Below, in pieces: positions 54,386 to 58,303 of a DNA stretch of 58,303 bases. The stretch covers positions 1 to 58,303 of the forward strand of contig JAEOUH010000074.1 of NCBI GenBank assembly GCA_016839365.1, given 5' to 3'. The notes beneath the pieces are model-generated. The model was not told where the DNA came from, searched no databases, and was given only the letters and a program-made list of their open reading frames with translations. The number at the start of each line of letters is the position of its first letter. Positions within the stretch are counted from its first letter, which is position 1. The stretch comes from Candidatus Hermodarchaeota archaeon (GTDB lineage: Archaea > Asgardarchaeota > Hermodarchaeia > Hermodarchaeales > Hermodarchaeaceae). The position numbers were made by a program, and so were the translations under genes.

Positions 54386-56677
54386 ATGTCAGAGTCGGAT
54401 TTTATCAAACACCCTCTCATTAAACAGAATACGATTGAGAAAAGGCTCTACCAAGAGACGATCATTGGAACAGCAATTAGATGGAATACCCTCGTTGTCC
54501 TTCCCACAGGTGTTGGAAAAACGGTTCTCGCGGTTCTAGCTGCAGCATACCAGCTAAAGAAGCTTCCCACGTCTAAGTGTATCATTCTTGCGCCTACCAA
54601 ACCGCTTGTGCTCCAGCATATAAAGACCTTCAGCGACTTCATGGATATCCCGGAAGACCAACTCATAGTGATCACAGGGGAAACCCCTCCGCAAAAACGC
54701 CAACTCCTTTGGAAGCAATTCACAGTTGCTTTTATGACCCCACAGGTCCTGCAAAACGATTTGCTAGCGGGACGATATTCATTGGAGGATGTATCTTTAC
54801 TGGTCTTCGATGAAGCCCACCGTGCTATTGGCGACTATGCCTATGTCTTCATTGCTAATCAATATCGAAAACAAGCTCAAACACAACTCGTGTTAGCGCT
54901 AACCGCATCACCGGGATCAGAAATAGAAAAGATTCGAGAAATTGTAGCCAACCTTGGAATCGTCAATATCGAGCTCCGAACACGGGAGAGCCCAGATGTT
55001 GCACCCTATCTGCCTCCCGTTGATTTTGAATGGCAGGAACTCAAACTGCCAGCTGAATTCCTTGAGGTTGGAAAAGCTCTACGGCGCGCCATTAAAGAGC
55101 GGCTTATCCCGTTAAAAGAAGCGGGTTTTGTTAACTCTAGTGACCCACGAAACGTGTCCGTTCGGCACCTTCTTCAGACACAGCGAGAAATCCAACGCCA
55201 GATTTTGAGTAATACTCCTCCACCAAGTCATCTCTTCCAACTAGTTTCTCACTGTGCGGCGATAATCCGGCTTTATCATTGTGTTGAACTATTGGAAACG
55301 CAGGGAGTTAGTGCTCTTCAACGATACTTTGAGGGGCTTGAAAAAGAAGCCAAACGCGGAAAAGCCTCCAAGGCGGTTCAAGGTGTGGTTCAGGATTCTA
55401 ATGTCATAGAAGCACAGAGCCAAGTCCTGAAACTAGCTGCTAAGGGAGTTGAGCATCCAAAGCTTGACGAACTAGTCAAAATCGTGAAACAACAACTAGC
55501 CAAATCGCCTAATTCAAGAATCATGATATTCACTCGATTTCGTGATACTGCTAACCTTTTAGAATCAACGTTGTCCTCATCAACAAATTCACGGCCCATA
55601 AGGTTTGTAGGGCAGGCAACACGGGCAGGTGACCGTGGGTTAACGCAAAAGGAGCAAGGGGAAATTCTACAACTCTTTCGAGAGGGAACCTACAATATCT
55701 TGGTAGCAACCAGTGTTGGCGAAGAAGGGTTGGATATCCAAGAATGCGATTTAGTCATTTTTTATGAAGCCGTACCCAGCGCCGTTCGCCTCATCCAACG
55801 CCGAGGACGAACGGCAAGAACTCATCCAGGCCGCGTGATTGTGTTAGTAGCAATGGGAACGCGCGATCAAGGTTATTATTGGGCTTCTATTCATCGAGAA
55901 GCAAAAATGAAGGAACTACTCAAGGAGATGAACAAATTGTCACGTGATGTTGAACGTGAGCGAAAACAATCCACTCTAAAAGATTTCATCAAACCAAAAT
56001 CGCTAGATCAATGCTCCGAAGCAACAGATGAAATTAGAATCATTGTAGACAACCGTGAACTACGATCAGGGATTACAAAGGCACTAAAAGAACTCGAAGT
56101 CGAAATAAATGCCGAAACACTTGAAGTTGCTGATTATATACTTTCAGACCGTGTCGCTGTTGAAGCGAAAACCGCAGATGATTTCGCACAATCTATCATT
56201 GACAAACGACTATTCCAACAACTGGGGCCGCTCAAAGATAGTTTTGACATCCCTCTTCTACTAATAATTGGTCCAAACCTTTATGGATCGAGTGGAATTA
56301 ATCCCGCCGCGGTTCGCGGGGCTATCTCTGCCGTGATAACTACCTTCAACGTACCTGTAATTAACGTGAAAACACCCGATGAAGCAGCGGCTCTGATGTT
56401 TGCCATTGCACGTCAAGAACAAAGTTCACGGAAAATGGCCTTAAGCATACGTGGAAAAAAACCTGTTCTTAGTACTACTGCACTCCAAGAATTCATTGTG
56501 GCAGGCTTTCCAGGAGTGAACACCACTTTAGCAAAGCGGCTTTTAGCTAAATTTGGCAGTATTACTAACCTGGCTAATGCCAACGTAGAAGAGCTATCAG
56601 GAGTACACGGTGTTGGGAAAATAAAAGCACAGGTCATTCGAGATACACTCGACGCACAATACGAACCTGAAGAATAG
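54386..56677 (+). CDS. hef: Hef/FANCM helicase-nuclease
   Basis: RLYQ, LPTGVGKT, DEAH, TAS, EEGLD, QRRGRTAR; C-terminal ERCC4 domain and HhH2. Confidence 0.93.
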   Translation: MSESDFIKHPLIKQNTIEKRLYQETIIGTAIRWNTLVVLPTGVGKTVLAVLAAAYQLKKLPTSKCIILAPTKPLVLQHIKTFSDFMDIPEDQLIVITGETPPQKRQLLWKQFTVAFMTPQVLQNDLLAGRYSLEDVSLLVFDEAHRAIGDYAYVFIANQYRKQAQTQLVLALTASPGSEIEKIREIVANLGIVNIELRTRESPDVAPYLPPVDFEWQELKLPAEFLEVGKALRRAIKERLIPLKEAGFVNSSDPRNVSVRHLLQTQREIQRQILSNTPPPSHLFQLVSHCAAIIRLYHCVELLETQGVSALQRYFEGLEKEAKRGKASKAVQGVVQDSNVIEAQSQVLKLAAKGVEHPKLDELVKIVKQQLAKSPNSRIMIFTRFRDTANLLESTLSSSTNSRPIRFVGQATRAGDRGLTQKEQGEILQLFREGTYNILVATSVGEEGLDIQECDLVIFYEAVPSAVRLIQRRGRTARTHPGRVIVLVAMGTRDQGYYWASIHREAKMKELLKEMNKLSRDVERERKQSTLKDFIKPKSLDQCSEATDEIRIIVDNRELRSGITKALKELEVEINAETLEVADYILSDRVAVEAKTADDFAQSIIDKRLFQQLGPLKDSFDIPLLLIIGPNLYGSSGINPAAVRGAISAVITTFNVPVINVKTPDEAAALMFAIARQEQSSRKMALSIRGKKPVLSTTALQEFIVAGFPGVNTTLAKRLLAKFGSITNLANANVEELSGVHGVGKIKAQVIRDTLDAQYEPEE

Positions 56678-56681
56678 TTCT

Positions 56682-57041
56682 TTATCTACTCTGCAGTTCT
56701 TGAATTCCACGAAGAATCTCAATCAGTTCTTTCGCTGTTGAAGCAAAAGCCCGTATCTCTTCCTTATGGGGTTTCTCTGGAAGTGATTGTGTCAGAATCT
56801 CAAGGCTAGCTAAGGCCTTTGATGCAAGCTGGGTTAGAATATCACCACTGACCATTCGTTGGTCTGCGATTGTTTGTGGGATTTTCTGTTCTACAATCTC
56901 TCTGTCACATTTTGCGCAATACATTGAACCATCCTTTAATCGGAGGAGAGGAGTATTGCATTGTGGGCAAGCTGTGTTTAATAGAGCCGCGCCTTGTCGT
57001 AACAACTTTCCCATTCGTTTCGTAATTTGATCGTCGGACAT
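56682..57041 (-). CDS. UPF0148 / Sjogren autoantigen p27 zinc-ribbon protein
   Basis: MGKLLRQGAALL..ACPQCNTPL...YCAKC. Confidence 0.85.
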   Translation of the reverse strand: MSDDQITKRMGKLLRQGAALLNTACPQCNTPLLRLKDGSMYCAKCDREIVEQKIPQTIADQRMVSGDILTQLASKALASLEILTQSLPEKPHKEEIRAFASTAKELIEILRGIQELQSR

Positions 57042-57131
57042 ATATTCTTATTATCAGTGAAAAAAGCTTTTAAGTAATCTTGGTATCTCCAAATCGAATC
57101 CACCAGATAGATTTCCGAGGGGATTTTTTGT

Positions 57132-57422
57132 ATGGCTAAACCAAATAAAACCAAAGAGATTTCTGAAGAGAGCATACAACGAATTGATAAAGCAACAATG
57201 ATTCTCTCGCAGATAGGCGAAGACAGTACTGTTCCGAGGAACATTCGCCGGGCTGCCAATGAAGCGATTGAGCTACTTCATGGTGAACTAGGTTCTGCAG
57301 CGGTTCGTGCTTCTAATGCAATTTCTCGACTTGGTGATGCAACCCTTGATCCGAACTGCCCAAGTCACGCCCGAACAGGAATCTGGAATGCGGTTTCCAT
57401 CCTCGAGACAATAAATGACTAA
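57132..57422 (+). CDS. UPF0147-family protein
   Basis: DSTVPRNIRRAA, DPNCPSHART.IW..VS.LE. Confidence 0.9.
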   Translation: MAKPNKTKEISEESIQRIDKATMILSQIGEDSTVPRNIRRAANEAIELLHGELGSAAVRASNAISRLGDATLDPNCPSHARTGIWNAVSILETIND

Positions 57423-57442
57423 TTTTTATGCAACACTTTCAG

Positions 57443-58285
57443 TTAACCTTCCTTGCCTGATGCAAGGGTTAAAAGGTTCTCAGCAAAAGACTCGTCACGT
57501 GCAGCTAAATATGAATAGTGCGTGTCATTAGTGCATTGTCCTTTTACAGGCAACCCTTTCTGGTCGACCAAAGCTGCACCAGCTTCGTTAAGAATTAGGC
57601 TCGGAGCCGCTAAATCGGTCCCCCGGAACACACCTCGAAGATCAATGAATCCATCGAGTGATCCATCTGCAACATAACATAATTCCAATGCGTTTGCGCC
57701 AAAATGGCGGATAAAGCGGATGCGATGTTTCTCGGTCACCGTCGATCGCCTGTTCAACGAATCCGGAGGGAAATTCGAATCAACTCCGACCAGACTAGTG
57801 TCCAAAGGCTTGGGATTGGCGGGATGAATCCTTTCACTTTCTCGAAAAGCCCCTCGTCCTTTAACAGCATGATAGCAAATACCCGAAAAGAGGTCTAATA
57901 CAACAGCGCACTCGAGTGCGTCAAACATCAACTCAGACCCGTAGGCTATGGCGATACAAGCAAACGAAATGGCATGACTGACATTGGTACTGCCATCAAT
58001 GGGATCCATGATGAGAAATCCTTCGGGATTAGGTCCACATTGTATCGTACCCGCTTCTTCACTAACCACGGTGAAGGAGGTGAACCTCTCTAGGTAGTTA
58101 ATCATCGTTTGTTCTGCGACCGCATCAAAGCCCTTTGTGAAGTCTCCACCTGCTCCTGTGCCAACGACATCACAACATGATCCTTCTCGTAGACAATCTA
58201 ACACTCTTAATCGGGCTAATCCTGCTGCGTTTCGTAGACTTCGGATCCAAAAACGCTGACGTTCAAGGGGTAACAGAGGTGACAC
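57443..58285 (-). CDS. Inositol monophosphatase / FBPase family protein
   Basis: GAGGD, SEE, DPIDGSTN, D.AA...EAG. Confidence 0.9.
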   Translation of the reverse strand: MSPLLPLERQRFWIRSLRNAAGLARLRVLDCLREGSCCDVVGTGAGGDFTKGFDAVAEQTMINYLERFTSFTVVSEEAGTIQCGPNPEGFLIMDPIDGSTNVSHAISFACIAIAYGSELMFDALECAVVLDLFSGICYHAVKGRGAFRESERIHPANPKPLDTSLVGVDSNFPPDSLNRRSTVTEKHRIRFIRHFGANALELCYVADGSLDGFIDLRGVFRGTDLAAPSLILNEAGAALVDQKGLPVKGQCTNDTHYSYLAARDESFAENLLTLASGKEG

Positions 58286-58303
58286 GATTTCTCGTATACT
58301 TGC

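Noticed and set aside
1-58303. rRNA genes, prophage, Sec/Pyl recoding or frameshifted pseudogenes
   Set aside because: None seen; recognised genes are full length in a single frame and the intergenic gaps are too short.

Overview
Gene-dense archaeal chromosomal window of mostly housekeeping genes. It is probably from an Asgard archaeon (inferred from PolD, aRF1, CarS, Elf1, Sec61beta, a close OSTC/DC2 homologue and an IPGF-type C-terminal sorting signal). It contains about 45 CDSs, four tRNAs and one C/D-box sRNA; I see no rRNA, CRISPR array, integrase or transposase. Highlights: (1) an uncharacterised cassette at 2.7-5.7 kb (ExeA-like AAA+ ATPase-wHTH, ribbon-helix-helix protein, Cas2/VapD-like-wHTH protein, HTH protein) inside an array of 5-7 copies of the palindrome AATAAT-TTCAWTRA-NN-TYAWTGAA that extends over xpd to radB, a candidate new chromosome partition or initiation system; (2) sharp local C/A-to-G/T skew switches centred on the PolD intein site, an intein-free site in porB and the tRNA-Ile/Ala locus, which look like scars of repeated break-repair synthesis; (3) an unannotated 35-aa OST4-like microprotein plus other oligosaccharyltransferase and dolichol pathway genes; (4) a C/D guide RNA predicted to methylate C34 of tRNA-Leu(CAA); (5) five BHB introns in three tRNAs, including a three-intron tRNA-Pro(CGG); (6) a 533-aa Gln-terminated PolD intein with a degenerate LAGLIDADG motif. 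All calls were made by eye, without database searches.
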